Positions 30,127-40,305 of a stretch of 64,000 nucleotides of DNA are shown piece by piece (position 1 is the first letter of the stretch; each line of letters begins with the position of its first letter). Source of the stretch: Candidatus Binatia bacterium (lineage in GTDB: Bacteria; Desulfobacterota; Binatia; UBA9968; CAXXLF01). The position numbers and the translations under genes were made by a program. A model generated the notes under the pieces. It had not been told where the DNA came from, ran no database searches, and saw only the letters and a program-made list of their open reading frames with translations. The stretch lies in NCBI GenBank assembly GCA_963664015.2, contig CAXXLF010000002.1, positions 320,001-384,000 on the forward strand. Reading direction: 5' to 3'.

Positions 30127-31362
30127 TTGAAAGCCTTTTTTAAAGCCATCACTCCCGAACAAGCCAGGCAGCACCTTCTCGATGTCGCCCCCGTAGGAAT
30201 CGAGCCCCTTGCAAGCACCCGAGCCCTCGGACGCGTGGTCGCAGAAGACCTCTACTCCCAAGTCCACCTGCCCCATTTCCATCGGGCAGCGATGGACGGA
30301 TACGCCGTCAGGGCTGAAGATACCTTCGGGGCAAGCACTAGCCTTCCGGCCTACCTAAAGCTCGTAGGCGCCGTTGAGATGGGAAAAGAAGTTACCCGTC
30401 CGCTCGCCAAAGGGGAAGCCATGCGTATCTCCACCGGTGGAATGCTTCCTCCCGACAGTGACGGGGTGGTTATGGTGGAATATACGGAAGAGGTGCCCGA
30501 AAACAGGGTTGAGATCCAACGTGGCGTTTCACCATGGAAGAACGTGATCCAGATCGGTGATGACATCAAAAAGGGCGAGCTCGTCTTCCAACGGGGTAGA
30601 CGTCTCAGGGGGCACGACCTGGGAGCACTGATGGGTATTGGAATCTCGACCCTCAACGTGCATCGAAAACCCAGAGTCGCCCTCATCTCAACCGGTGACG
30701 AAATTGTGGAGGCTGAACAACACCCCCTCCCCGGTCAGGTTAGAAATATCAATCAGCACTCCCTTGCCGGGCTGATCGAGGCTTGCGGTGCTGATCTGCG
30801 GGATCTAGGCGTCTATCGCGACCAGCGGGACTCACTAACCCAGGCTTTGAATACGGCCCTTGGGTCGGCAGACCTCGTATTGCTCTCGGGGGGTAGCTCC
30901 GTGGGCATTAGAGACCTCGCCTTGGAAGTGATTTTATCCCTACCTGAGGTACGTATCATATTTCATGGCATCTCGGTGAGCCCTGGCAAGCCCACCCTAT
31001 TTGCCAAAGTAGCCGGGATCCCATTACTGGGTTTACCAGGTTACCCTGTCTCTGCGTTGGTAATCTTCGACCTTTTTGGCGCCCCGTTGATTCGTAAATT
31101 GGGCGGCGAGGATTTAACCGGCGTGGGAAAGATCACGAAAACTACCCATGCCATTCTCAAAACCAATATTGCCTCCCAAACCGGTCGGGAAGACTATGTT
31201 CGCGTGAGCCTTACCCAGCATCAAGATCGGGTGTACGCGGAGCCTCTCCCCCACAAGTCTGGTGCCATCTTCACACTGGTGAGAGCCGATGGGATGATCA
31301 AGATCGATCTCAACCAAGAAGGCATCGAACAGGGGGAAGAAGTGGAAGTTATCCTGTTTTAG
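30127..31362 (+). CDS. moeA: Molybdopterin molybdotransferase MoeA
   Basis: AAMDGYAV, ISTGDE, SGGSSVG, PGKP, LPGYPVS. Confidence 0.95.
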   Translation: MKAFFKAITPEQARQHLLDVAPVGIEPLASTRALGRVVAEDLYSQVHLPHFHRAAMDGYAVRAEDTFGASTSLPAYLKLVGAVEMGKEVTRPLAKGEAMRISTGGMLPPDSDGVVMVEYTEEVPENRVEIQRGVSPWKNVIQIGDDIKKGELVFQRGRRLRGHDLGALMGIGISTLNVHRKPRVALISTGDEIVEAEQHPLPGQVRNINQHSLAGLIEACGADLRDLGVYRDQRDSLTQALNTALGSADLVLLSGGSSVGIRDLALEVILSLPEVRIIFHGISVSPGKPTLFAKVAGIPLLGLPGYPVSALVIFDLFGAPLIRKLGGEDLTGVGKITKTTHAILKTNIASQTGREDYVRVSLTQHQDRVYAEPLPHKSGAIFTLVRADGMIKIDLNQEGIEQGEEVEVILF

Positions 31363-31376
31363 GCCGGTTAGAAAAC

Positions 31377-33311
31377 GTGGCTCGCAAAAGATATCTCAAA
31401 AAGACTCCTCTCAATGAGGCGCGGGAACTGTTCCTGAAAAGAATTGATTCATCCCTGATCGAAGATGAAACAGTTCCCGTATCTTCGGCTCTCAATCGCA
31501 TCACTGCCGAGCCTGTCTTCGCTAAAATCTCTTCCCCCCACTACCATGGTGCGGCAATGGATGGCATCTGTGTCCGCGCCCGGGAAACTTTCGGCACTAC
31601 AGAATTCACCCCAAAACGGCTTCGCCTGTTACCCGAAGGACAGGAATCGGAAAACGGATTCGTCTACGTCGATACGGGAAACGCCCTCCCCCCCTGGGGG
31701 GACGCCGTTATTATGATCGAACATGTTCGGCAGCTAGACGAAACAACGGTAGAAATTTTGGATGCGGCAACGCCCTGGCAAAACGTTCGACTGGTCGGAG
31801 AGGATATTGTTGCCACAGAGCCCCTTTTGCCTCGTCGCCACCGGCTCCGCCCATACGATCTCGGGGCGCTACTTGCCGCAGGGCATGTGAACATCAAGGT
31901 CAAATGCAAACCCAGAGTTGCCATTATCCCAACCGGTGATGAACTTATCCAACCGGGACAAAAGGCGGAACCGGGAAGGGTTATCGAGTTCAATTCGATC
32001 GTCCTCGCAGCCCAGATTAGCGAGTGGGGTGGCGTTGCCGTAACGCTGGCTAGTGTGAGAGATAACCCATCGGATCTGAAACGGGCATTACGAGAAGCCT
32101 TAGAAAACCATCACATGGTCGCCATAATTGCGGGGTCATCCGCGGGGGAGTATGATTTCACAGCTCAGATTGTCGCCGAAGAGGGCGAACTTTTGGTCCA
32201 TGGAATGGACGTCATGCCTGGTAAACCGGCGGTGCTTGGCTCCGTCCAAGGGAGGCCTGTAATCGGTATCCCCGGATATCCCGTCTCCGCGATCGTGGTT
32301 GCTCGGGAAATCTTGCAGCCGGCCCTGACAACCTTTCTTCGCTCCAGCCCGTCACCTCCCCTCAAGGTTAGAGTGTCCGTACCCAAGAAACTCGCTTCAC
32401 ATCTGGGGTTGGAAGAGTTTGTTCGGGTCAACCTAGGACGTGTCTCCGGCAAACTAATTGCTGTCCCTTTGAGACGCGGAGCTGGCGTTATAACGACCAT
32501 GGTTCAGGCTGACGGTCTATTGCGGATTCCAAGTCTTACGGAAGGGATCAACGCCGGTGAAGAGGTCGAAGTCGAGCTATTGCGAACGACCGATGAGATA
32601 GACAATACCATTCTTTGCACGGGTAGTCACGACCTATCCATTGGGGTCCTCGATGACCAGCTCAAGCTACACCATCCCGGACTTAAGATTGCGACGACCA
32701 ACGTGGGAAGCCTCGGCGGACTATTTTCGCTGCAACGGAGCGAAACCCATTTGGCCGGAACCCATCTGCTGGACCCCGAAAGCGGCACATACAATATCCC
32801 TGATATTAAACGAATACTGCCACGGCTCCCGGTAACACTGGTTCACTTGACCCAAAGGGAGCAGGGCCTTATCCTGCAGCCAGGTAACCCAAAAGGGATC
32901 CAAGACTTAAAAGGTCTCGCGACCAAGGGAGTCCGATTTATCAACCGCCAGCTCGGCTCAGGGACTAGGGTTTTGCTCGAATTCGAACTCAAGCGATTGA
33001 AGATCGCCCCCCAATCCATCGGAGGCTACGATCGTGAGGAGTTCACCCATATGGGCGTCGCCGTCGCCATCGCCAGTGGGTTAGCCGACGTCGGACTGGG
33101 CGTACGTTCCGCGGCCAAGGCCCTGGAATTAGAGTTTATCCCAGTCGGACAAGAACAGTACGATTTACTTTTTCTACGTTCCTTTTTCGATTCGGAAAAA
33201 GGACAACTCTTGTTGGGTATCCTAGATTCCGATGGCCTGCGCAACGCCGTCGAAGCCCTTGGCGGCTACGACGCCAGCACCAGCGGAGAGATTTTATACA
33301 CACAGGGTTGA
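31377..33311 (+). CDS. MoeA fused to a periplasmic-binding (molybdate/tungstate, LysR-type) domain
   Basis: MoeA motifs followed by GSHD, VGSLGG, FINRQLGSGTR. Confidence 0.93.
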   Translation: MARKRYLKKTPLNEARELFLKRIDSSLIEDETVPVSSALNRITAEPVFAKISSPHYHGAAMDGICVRARETFGTTEFTPKRLRLLPEGQESENGFVYVDTGNALPPWGDAVIMIEHVRQLDETTVEILDAATPWQNVRLVGEDIVATEPLLPRRHRLRPYDLGALLAAGHVNIKVKCKPRVAIIPTGDELIQPGQKAEPGRVIEFNSIVLAAQISEWGGVAVTLASVRDNPSDLKRALREALENHHMVAIIAGSSAGEYDFTAQIVAEEGELLVHGMDVMPGKPAVLGSVQGRPVIGIPGYPVSAIVVAREILQPALTTFLRSSPSPPLKVRVSVPKKLASHLGLEEFVRVNLGRVSGKLIAVPLRRGAGVITTMVQADGLLRIPSLTEGINAGEEVEVELLRTTDEIDNTILCTGSHDLSIGVLDDQLKLHHPGLKIATTNVGSLGGLFSLQRSETHLAGTHLLDPESGTYNIPDIKRILPRLPVTLVHLTQREQGLILQPGNPKGIQDLKGLATKGVRFINRQLGSGTRVLLEFELKRLKIAPQSIGGYDREEFTHMGVAVAIASGLADVGLGVRSAAKALELEFIPVGQEQYDLLFLRSFFDSEKGQLLLGILDSDGLRNAVEALGGYDASTSGEILYTQG

Positions 33312-33376
33312 GCTCCATTTCTTCCCTGCTCTTCCTGGATACTACCCACTGGGACTCCATCGAAAGGGACATTCAG

Positions 33377-34329
33377 ATGAGTGATACTTTCAAGCTCAAA
33401 ATGACCGTGACATCAAAAGGGCGAACGGTCATTGCAGGAAGAATTATATCGGGTTCTTACGACCTTATACTGGGAACCGGAGGCTCAACCCTGACCCTGG
33501 TGGTCGGCAGCGGTGACTCGGGAATCGGCGGAATCGGTATCCCAATGGTCGTCGGTAATAACAAAATTGACTTTGGCTTTTGCAACCCCGCTGGATTAGG
33601 TCGCATGGCATTGCTGGGGAGAGGCTTTTACAAATGTAAATTCGACTTCAGAACAATCGGTGTATTCCCGTCCTGGGACCGGCTGGTCTTCGCCGTGCAT
33701 AAGGATTCGGGAATCGATTCCCTGGCGGATATTAAGCGACAAAGAATCCCCCTTCGCATCTCCACCCGATATTCAGGAAAATACCGTGGCAGCATGGTTG
33801 CCATTGAAGAAGTTTGCAAAGATTATGGATTCACCCTTTCGGACATTGAGAAGTGGGGTGGAAGGATGCTCCCAATAACTCGACCCAGCTCAAAGGAACG
33901 GCCCAGCACATTGACGAAGGCCAAGTGGATGCCGTTTTTGACGAGAGAATTAAGAACTTGGGCGCACGGGCATTGAACTTGGGTATGGCGTTTCTACCTA
34001 TTGAAGAAAATATTTTAAAAAAGATGGAAAGGATCGGTATGCCCCGGGCGGAGTTGACACCTGAGACCTTTTCCAAACTGAAGCGAAGTCTAACAACTCT
34101 CGATTTCAGCGGGTGGCTCTTCTTTTGCCACCGTGGGGTATCGAGCCAGATGACCTATGCGATAGCCAAAGCCATCGACCTTGAGCATACGAGTATTCCG
34201 GTTGATTATGCCGATGGTCGAAGCATGACCATGGAGGAGTTCTGCGGTGGCTGCGAGGCAGGTCCCCTAACACTCCCCTTGCATCCCGGAGCAAAGCGGT
34301 TTTACCGGAAAAAGGGATACCTCACTTAA
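33377..34329 (+). CDS. TAXI-family TRAP solute receptor; apparent -1 frameshift near 33900
   Basis: Two overlapping ORFs join as SKER[A]QHIDEGQVDAVFDE; C-terminal PLHPGAKRFYRKKG. Confidence 0.8.
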
Positions 34330-36225
34330 TCAGTCCAGTTGCCCCCACTCTTTGAATTCCTCCATTCCCAGCTTGGTGAGCGTATCCATAAAGGGACGTC
34401 CGGTCTTGGGGTGCCTGCCTGACAGACTGTAGTATTCGTGAATCATGTCGGGAAGCCATTTGGCTATGGTAAATCCCTGGTATTTGCCGTCAGGAACAGG
34501 CTCCAGGAATCGGGGTCCCACGTTTTTCCAATCTTCCTCCACGCTCCACCCCCTTTGGACCGCGAATACGCTCTGAAGGACCGCGCTTCGGTGTCCTGCT
34601 TCAAGGGCCTGATCCAGGTTGAAATCCCACCCGGTTGTAGCGTTTAGCGAGTCCACGATGCTGTTCAGCCCATCCGGTTTAAAGACATTCACCGCAAACC
34701 AGCAGCCTCCCATGAGTCCTGTGAACTGGCGATGCCATTCGGACACCACCTGAGACCATGGCCATCCGTGGGGGTCATCCCTATCCAGAGGTCCCCATTT
34801 TTCTCTAAATTTCAGATCAGGGGGCGGGTTAACTGACCCACCGCCTTGCGGCTTCATACCACCGCTGGCTACCAGCTCCCGCAGCATTTGACCGAAGTGA
34901 GGCCGCCAATCATGCATGGCAGGAGTCCCCTTTTTCGTATGGACAACCCATTGGGGGGCATCTCCCCCGATAGCCTCAGCCACTTCAGTGGGTCCGTCGG
35001 CCAAGAGATTACCCCACCGCCCTTCCCGGTGGGCGGCCATATCTAACAGCCGGGCTATGGTTTCAACATTGCCCCATTCGAAACGCAGTCCTTCCGTTTG
35101 GTCCGGACCCAGTAGCCCCTTCTCCCACGCCTCGAAGGCTACCCCAACGCCGCAGGAAAAATGACTGCATTCGATGCCCAGGTCATTGATCTTTTCCGCG
35201 AGGTAAAGCACATCGTTACCCTTCACGCCCAGATTATAGAAGGAATCTAACCACTCGCTCCCCGCGTTAAAATGACCCAGCACACCAGGATGGGCCCCCT
35301 CCATAAGCTCCACGTCCCACGGACACATGCGCGCGCATTGGAAACAAGGTCTTAAAGTAATTCGGTTCTTGTCGAACCCCCAAGCGTCCTTGGCACCGAT
35401 AAGAGTGCTACGAAAGTTCAAATTGGGGAGAGCCTCCAAATGTTCGGCGTGACCGACGTTGCGTTTTTTATCCGGTGTATACGGCGCTAGAGTATTACGC
35501 CATCGCAACCCACACTCGATCAGCTTTTTTTTGTCGTGAAGCGGGGGTCTTCTCGTTCCGGATACGACAATGGCCTTAAGCTTCTTTGCACCAAAGAGGG
35601 CTCCTCCGCTGTGGGAGGCACTATGATTGTAGTCATTGGCCAGCATGGCTGCACTGTTAAGGTTTTCACCGGCGGGCCCAGTACAAAGCACCTTGGCGTC
35701 TTTTATACCGACTTCATCTCTTAGACGATCTTCCGTTTCCCTTGTCCCTTTGCCCCAAACCTTGCTGGCATCCCGAAACTCCACCTGGCCATCATTGATA
35801 AATAAATATGTGGGTCTCTTTGCCACACCTTCAACGATGACCCCATCATAGCCGGACGCTTTCAGATAAGTCCCCCAAAAGCCACTCGAGGCACCCCGTC
35901 CCAAAGTGTGCCCCGTCAGGGGACTAAGGAAAATAGCAGTCACCTTGGTCCCACCGGGAGTCAGACCGGTTCCCGTAATGGGTCCTGTCATCAACACCAT
36001 CTTGCTTTCAGGGCCTAGAGGCTTGGCATCGAGGGGGAGTTCATGGAGGAGGATGTAGAGCGCAAGGGCCTGCCCACCAATGAATTTTTTCAGGACCGGT
36101 TCTTCCGGAAGGTTTTCATCCTTGGTTGTCCCCGACGTCAGGTTCACCCGCAGGATCTTGCCCATATATCCCCCCGGTAGGAGAGTCTTTCGTTCCCGAG
36201 GAAAGATGTCAGCCATCATAGACAT
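34330..36225 (-). CDS. Aldehyde:ferredoxin oxidoreductase (AOR/WOR) family
   Basis: GYMGKILRVNL, SPLTG, GPAGEN, GAKKLKAI, CFQCARMC and GGC 4Fe-4S ligands. Confidence 0.92.
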   Translation of the reverse strand: MSMMADIFPRERKTLLPGGYMGKILRVNLTSGTTKDENLPEEPVLKKFIGGQALALYILLHELPLDAKPLGPESKMVLMTGPITGTGLTPGGTKVTAIFLSPLTGHTLGRGASSGFWGTYLKASGYDGVIVEGVAKRPTYLFINDGQVEFRDASKVWGKGTRETEDRLRDEVGIKDAKVLCTGPAGENLNSAAMLANDYNHSASHSGGALFGAKKLKAIVVSGTRRPPLHDKKKLIECGLRWRNTLAPYTPDKKRNVGHAEHLEALPNLNFRSTLIGAKDAWGFDKNRITLRPCFQCARMCPWDVELMEGAHPGVLGHFNAGSEWLDSFYNLGVKGNDVLYLAEKINDLGIECSHFSCGVGVAFEAWEKGLLGPDQTEGLRFEWGNVETIARLLDMAAHREGRWGNLLADGPTEVAEAIGGDAPQWVVHTKKGTPAMHDWRPHFGQMLRELVASGGMKPQGGGSVNPPPDLKFREKWGPLDRDDPHGWPWSQVVSEWHRQFTGLMGGCWFAVNVFKPDGLNSIVDSLNATTGWDFNLDQALEAGHRSAVLQSVFAVQRGWSVEEDWKNVGPRFLEPVPDGKYQGFTIAKWLPDMIHEYYSLSGRHPKTGRPFMDTLTKLGMEEFKEWGQLD

Positions 36226-36233
36226 AATCCTTT

Positions 36234-37058
36234 CTAACCCTGCATTTTCCGGGGCCAGTAGCGATAGAGCAAACGCCTTGGATGAATCACCGCGAGATAA
36301 AGGGCCCGTAACTTCCCTTTGATGCCGCATCGCGGGGTAAACAGGTCCTTGATCATGAGGCCCACCGGGATCCTATGCTTCGGATACTTCTCGCTGCCCA
36401 CCGGGCGAACGCCGTATTCCTCTCTCTTTTCTTTTAAAACGTACACGACCTGGGTACCACCAGCCTCGTTTCCCCCATAGAGGTAACCTCCAACTTCATC
36501 TGCACGGTCCTTCGCCTTCGTGGACATATCCTCCGTGAGGCCAAAGTCGAGAGCGTCGACGGGGCAGGCCTGAACACAGAAAGGGTCTTTATCTTCCTGG
36601 ATCCGGTCACTGCACATGGTGCACTTGGCGGCTTTCTGGGAAGTCGCATCTTTGGAGATGACACTTTTGATGTCGTTCTCAGTCAGCGCGCCCCATGGAC
36701 AGGCATAGATACAGTACTCGCAGCCAATACACACCTCTTGATCGATAACGACAGGTCCTTCTTCGTATTTGGTGATGGCCTCGACGGGACAGACCGCAGC
36801 ACACATGGGAAACTCGCAGTGCATGCAGCTACTCCTGGCCCAAACGGGAGACAGCCCTTCGAGTACCGGGGGATCCATATTGATCCAGGTCGTGCTGGAC
36901 ATCTCATACACACTCGTACGCGGATGGTCGTTCCAGTCCTTACACGCATGGACGCACTGACGGCAGCCGATACACTTGGTAGCATCGAAAAGAATACTCC
37001 GGGGTTTACCGTCAATCAGTTTTCCCGTGGGGATAAGATTTCCGTATTTGTTACTCAT
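36234..37058 (-). CDS. Multi-[4Fe-4S] ferredoxin subunit (FdnH/HybA-like)
   Basis: CIGCRQCVHAC, CMHC..CAAVCP, CIGCEYCIYACP, KCTMC..CVQACP. Confidence 0.93.
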   Translation of the reverse strand: MSNKYGNLIPTGKLIDGKPRSILFDATKCIGCRQCVHACKDWNDHPRTSVYEMSSTTWINMDPPVLEGLSPVWARSSCMHCEFPMCAAVCPVEAITKYEEGPVVIDQEVCIGCEYCIYACPWGALTENDIKSVISKDATSQKAAKCTMCSDRIQEDKDPFCVQACPVDALDFGLTEDMSTKAKDRADEVGGYLYGGNEAGGTQVVYVLKEKREEYGVRPVGSEKYPKHRIPVGLMIKDLFTPRCGIKGKLRALYLAVIHPRRLLYRYWPRKMQG

Positions 37059-37090
37059 CAGTTAGACTCCATTTAAAGAAAAGATACATG

Positions 37091-38167
37091 TTATGCCATG
37101 TAGGGTTTAGCATGCCTGAATGCGATGGGTGTGCTCTTCAAAGGTTTAAGGGTATAGGCTGAGATCGAAAACCCGCGATCAAAACTATCCGGTGGACGAT
37201 TCCTTTCATTCTTTATATGCCCCCTCCCAGCCCCATGATCAACCCCCTGAAGGGTGAAAACAAAGTGGCCCATTTTTGGACCAGAGAGGGGATACCTGAG
37301 CTCATCGTCGTCAGGGTCGCGGTGCACAGGAGCTCCACTACCACCCCCCCCGGACAAGTGAAATGTATACGCCAGATTATTCTTATTATCCAGATAGGCG
37401 GCCCCTATAAATGCCACAGGAGTCGTCCCTAGCTTCTCGATATCGGCAACGCCAAACTTGAAGACCGGCATCTCCCCATCGATAATCTCCGGATCTAGCG
37501 GGTAATGATCATAGTAAATGGTACTGATAGCTCCTAAAAACTCCGAAAAGGGCCCTCCATACTTCACGCGAACCTCGAACTCGCCTTTGGGTTGCGTTCC
37601 CTGAGTAAGTTCTGGATATCGAATCTTCTCGGATGCCAGCGCTGGTCTTCCTTTTCCGTAGATATGCTCAACCATCTCTGCCGGTACTACAAAGATCTCG
37701 GGTACGGATTCGTAAATGACACGTAAGATCTCCTGCCGCCCGTCTAGTAAAACACGATAGGTGATTCCCTTTGGAATGACGAGAAAATCGCCCTCCCCCA
37801 CCGTGATGTCTCCGAAATCCGTTTCATACCTCATAATACCTCGGCTAGTATGATGGAGCTCGTCGGCATCGGAGTTACGGAAAAAATACGGCAGAGATTC
37901 TCTACGCCGGGAAAGCCAGACGGTCACGTCTTCACTGAAAAACAACTTTTCCGGTCCGCCATATGGGGACTCGGCATCGGGAGGCTGAATCTGTGATGTA
38001 TCGACGTACCAGTTCTGATAATTCCCATGAACGCCTTTCCAGGACATAGGATGGGATTTCCTGTAGAGGACAGAATCCCTCCCCCACTGCACTCTTCTCC
38101 CATAGTGATGCTTGACTAAATCGACCTGGTCCATTTGCTTTAGGGACAGACGCTGAGGTTTACTCAT
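37091..38167 (-). CDS. Homogentisate 1,2-dioxygenase-like cupin
   Basis: FFRNSDADEL, ETDFG, IPKGITYRV; His-Glu-His pattern HRDPDDDE...QGVDHG. Confidence 0.8.
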   Translation of the reverse strand: MSKPQRLSLKQMDQVDLVKHHYGRRVQWGRDSVLYRKSHPMSWKGVHGNYQNWYVDTSQIQPPDAESPYGGPEKLFFSEDVTVWLSRRRESLPYFFRNSDADELHHTSRGIMRYETDFGDITVGEGDFLVIPKGITYRVLLDGRQEILRVIYESVPEIFVVPAEMVEHIYGKGRPALASEKIRYPELTQGTQPKGEFEVRVKYGGPFSEFLGAISTIYYDHYPLDPEIIDGEMPVFKFGVADIEKLGTTPVAFIGAAYLDNKNNLAYTFHLSGGGGSGAPVHRDPDDDELRYPLSGPKMGHFVFTLQGVDHGAGRGHIKNERNRPPDSFDRGFSISAYTLKPLKSTPIAFRHAKPYMA

Positions 38168-38228
38168 TTTTCTTCCTCCTCATTGCCCCCTCGCAATTCC
38201 ATTGGGTTAATACAACCTTCCTTGTAAC

Positions 38229-38930
38229 TTATAGGTATTTCTTTAGAAACTCCAAGGTCCTCGGCCAAGAAATACGATCCGCATCGGCCCGGTATGATTC
38301 GGCATCAAAATTCATAAAGGCGTGTCCCGCCCCCGAATAGGAGTAGAAATCATGGGCCTTCCCGTATTTGGTGAGCTCAGCATCAAGTTTACGTACATCA
38401 TCGGGGGATGGGTTGACATCGTCGGTTCCAAAGTGGCCGAGCACAGGGCAGTTGATCTGCGGCGTACGCTCGAAAGGGGACGGCCCACCACCACGAGCGG
38501 CGAAAAGCCCCCCTCCGTAGTAGGACACACAGACCTTGAACTCGGGATTTACACCGGCCATTAGGTAAGCAACTCGCCCTCCCTGACAAAAGCCGACGAT
38601 GCCTATCCTGTTCGCCCGAACATAAGGAAGCCCCTTGAGAAAATCGACTGAGGCATTGATATCAACCATGACGGTAGGGTCCTGCAACCGATTTGCTCGG
38701 GTAGGCCCCTCATCCTGGCAATCGGGACCGTCCCGATGATAAATTTCTGGGGCTACGGCAACGTACCCCATCAAAGCGAGACGGTTGGTCATTTCCTTGA
38801 CGAACCCGTCGATACCTTCCCGGTGTTGAGCCACAACAATACCGGGGAAAGGGCCTTCACCATCCGGTCGGCTTACAAACAGACCCATGGTTCCATTCTC
38901 AACCTTTACCTGCTCCCACTTTGATTCCAT
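38229..38930 (-). CDS. Dienelactone hydrolase family
   Basis: GFCQGG, YYG, GAGHAF. Confidence 0.93.
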   Translation of the reverse strand: MESKWEQVKVENGTMGLFVSRPDGEGPFPGIVVAQHREGIDGFVKEMTNRLALMGYVAVAPEIYHRDGPDCQDEGPTRANRLQDPTVMVDINASVDFLKGLPYVRANRIGIVGFCQGGRVAYLMAGVNPEFKVCVSYYGGGLFAARGGGPSPFERTPQINCPVLGHFGTDDVNPSPDDVRKLDAELTKYGKAHDFYSYSGAGHAFMNFDAESYRADADRISWPRTLEFLKKYL

Positions 38931-38982
38931 GAAAAATTAGTCTCCTGTGATGCCTATCATCAAAATGCGGGATTAGTTTAAA

Positions 38983-39729
38983 CTAGGAATCCCGACAAAT
39001 CGCCGACTCGGGTCTCTTGGCACAGAACTCGCCTAACTGCCGTTTACGGTCCTTAGACATCTGATTGGCCTGGTCAAGAAGTTTACCGATCTCGCGCTTA
39101 CGTTCGTCTTCAAGCTCATTAGCACGGGCAAGGGCTCGAGTCTTCTCTTCGGTCAGCTGTTGCACGACCTCACGGTACTGTTTCTGAGAGGCGGCTTCCT
39201 GTGACTTCAACACCTTCAGCACCTCAGACCATTGTTTTTCCTGTCTTTTATATTGCTCCGTAGCACGTTTCTCCTCCGCCTTTAAAGTACCAACCAGTTC
39301 TTGCCAGCGTTTGTCACTCTGCAGATCCTGACTCTGAGCATCCTTACGATCCTTTGCCAGTTCCTGAAATAAATTCTGCCATTGGTTCTTTTCCTGCTCT
39401 GCAAGATTGGCGGAGAATCGCTTCACCGAGGCCTCCAAGGCAGTTTTGTGGGCGTTGCCCATGAGCTGCGTTGCCTTTGCGGCTAGTGGCTTTTCAATGG
39501 ATTTCAACCATTTTTGCACATCCGGCAGTCGAACGTTCTGCGTCCTCGGTTTACGCTGAGATTCAATGCGGGCAGTAAGGTCTGCAAGCTTCTCCGACGA
39601 AGCCTCCTGCTCAGCAGCAATTTGTTTTAATGATATTCGAATATTAAAGGACTGCCAGGCAAGGTATCCAAAGGCGGCAATCGATACCAGCGTTATAATA
39701 ACGAAGATGATTCCCTTGTCAGAATTCAT
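38983..39729 (-). CDS. Membrane-anchored coiled-coil hypothetical protein
   Basis: N-terminal TM segment, E/K/Q-rich heptads, terminal C-x7-C. Confidence 0.75.
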   Translation of the reverse strand: MNSDKGIIFVIITLVSIAAFGYLAWQSFNIRISLKQIAAEQEASSEKLADLTARIESQRKPRTQNVRLPDVQKWLKSIEKPLAAKATQLMGNAHKTALEASVKRFSANLAEQEKNQWQNLFQELAKDRKDAQSQDLQSDKRWQELVGTLKAEEKRATEQYKRQEKQWSEVLKVLKSQEAASQKQYREVVQQLTEEKTRALARANELEDERKREIGKLLDQANQMSKDRKRQLGEFCAKRPESAICRDS

Positions 39730-39797
39730 AGGTTACCGTAATGGCTTCCTCCTCCCTCGGATAGTTTTGGCAATCTATAACGAAAAGCGCTTTACTG

Positions 39798-40295
39798 TCA
39801 ATGTTTCTGGTGCATACCGTCTGCAAAGACCATCCTTCTATGGGGGATTCCGGCCTCCATGAAACGATTCCCTACACAACGGAAGCCCATCTTTTCGTAG
39901 AATCCAATAACCAGCACCTGTGCATTGAGAAAGACTAGCTTAACTTTGTATTTCTTCGAATACGCGAGCACTCTTTTTAGCAGAATCCGACCGATTCCTT
40001 TGTTCCGAAACCGTCTAAGGACCGCCATCCGACCGATTTTGGCGTTCTCTCCCTCCAGCACTAGTCGGGCTGTACCCACCGCCCTTCCCTCCAAGGTGGC
40101 AAGAAAATGAGCGGCCCTGGTATTATCCTTGTCTAATTCAATTGCTCTTGGAACTCCCTGTTCCGCCACAAAGACGCGAAGACGAATGGAAAAGGCCTTC
40201 CGAAGATCTCCCTGAGTCGCAATTTTTCTTACACGGATTGAATGAACGATTTTGCCTCCTCTCAATCTGTAGGATCCAACCTTCGGCCTGAACAA
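39798..40295 (-). CDS. GNAT acetyltransferase (ElaA/YjcF-like); start uncertain
   Basis: RVFVAEQGVP, IGRMAV..RNKGIG, FYEKMGF, FMEAGIPH. Confidence 0.9.
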   Translation of the reverse strand: MFRPKVGSYRLRGGKIVHSIRVRKIATQGDLRKAFSIRLRVFVAEQGVPRAIELDKDNTRAAHFLATLEGRAVGTARLVLEGENAKIGRMAVLRRFRNKGIGRILLKRVLAYSKKYKVKLVFLNAQVLVIGFYEKMGFRCVGNRFMEAGIPHRRMVFADGMHQKH

Positions 40296-40305
40296 CGCTT
40301 ACAAT

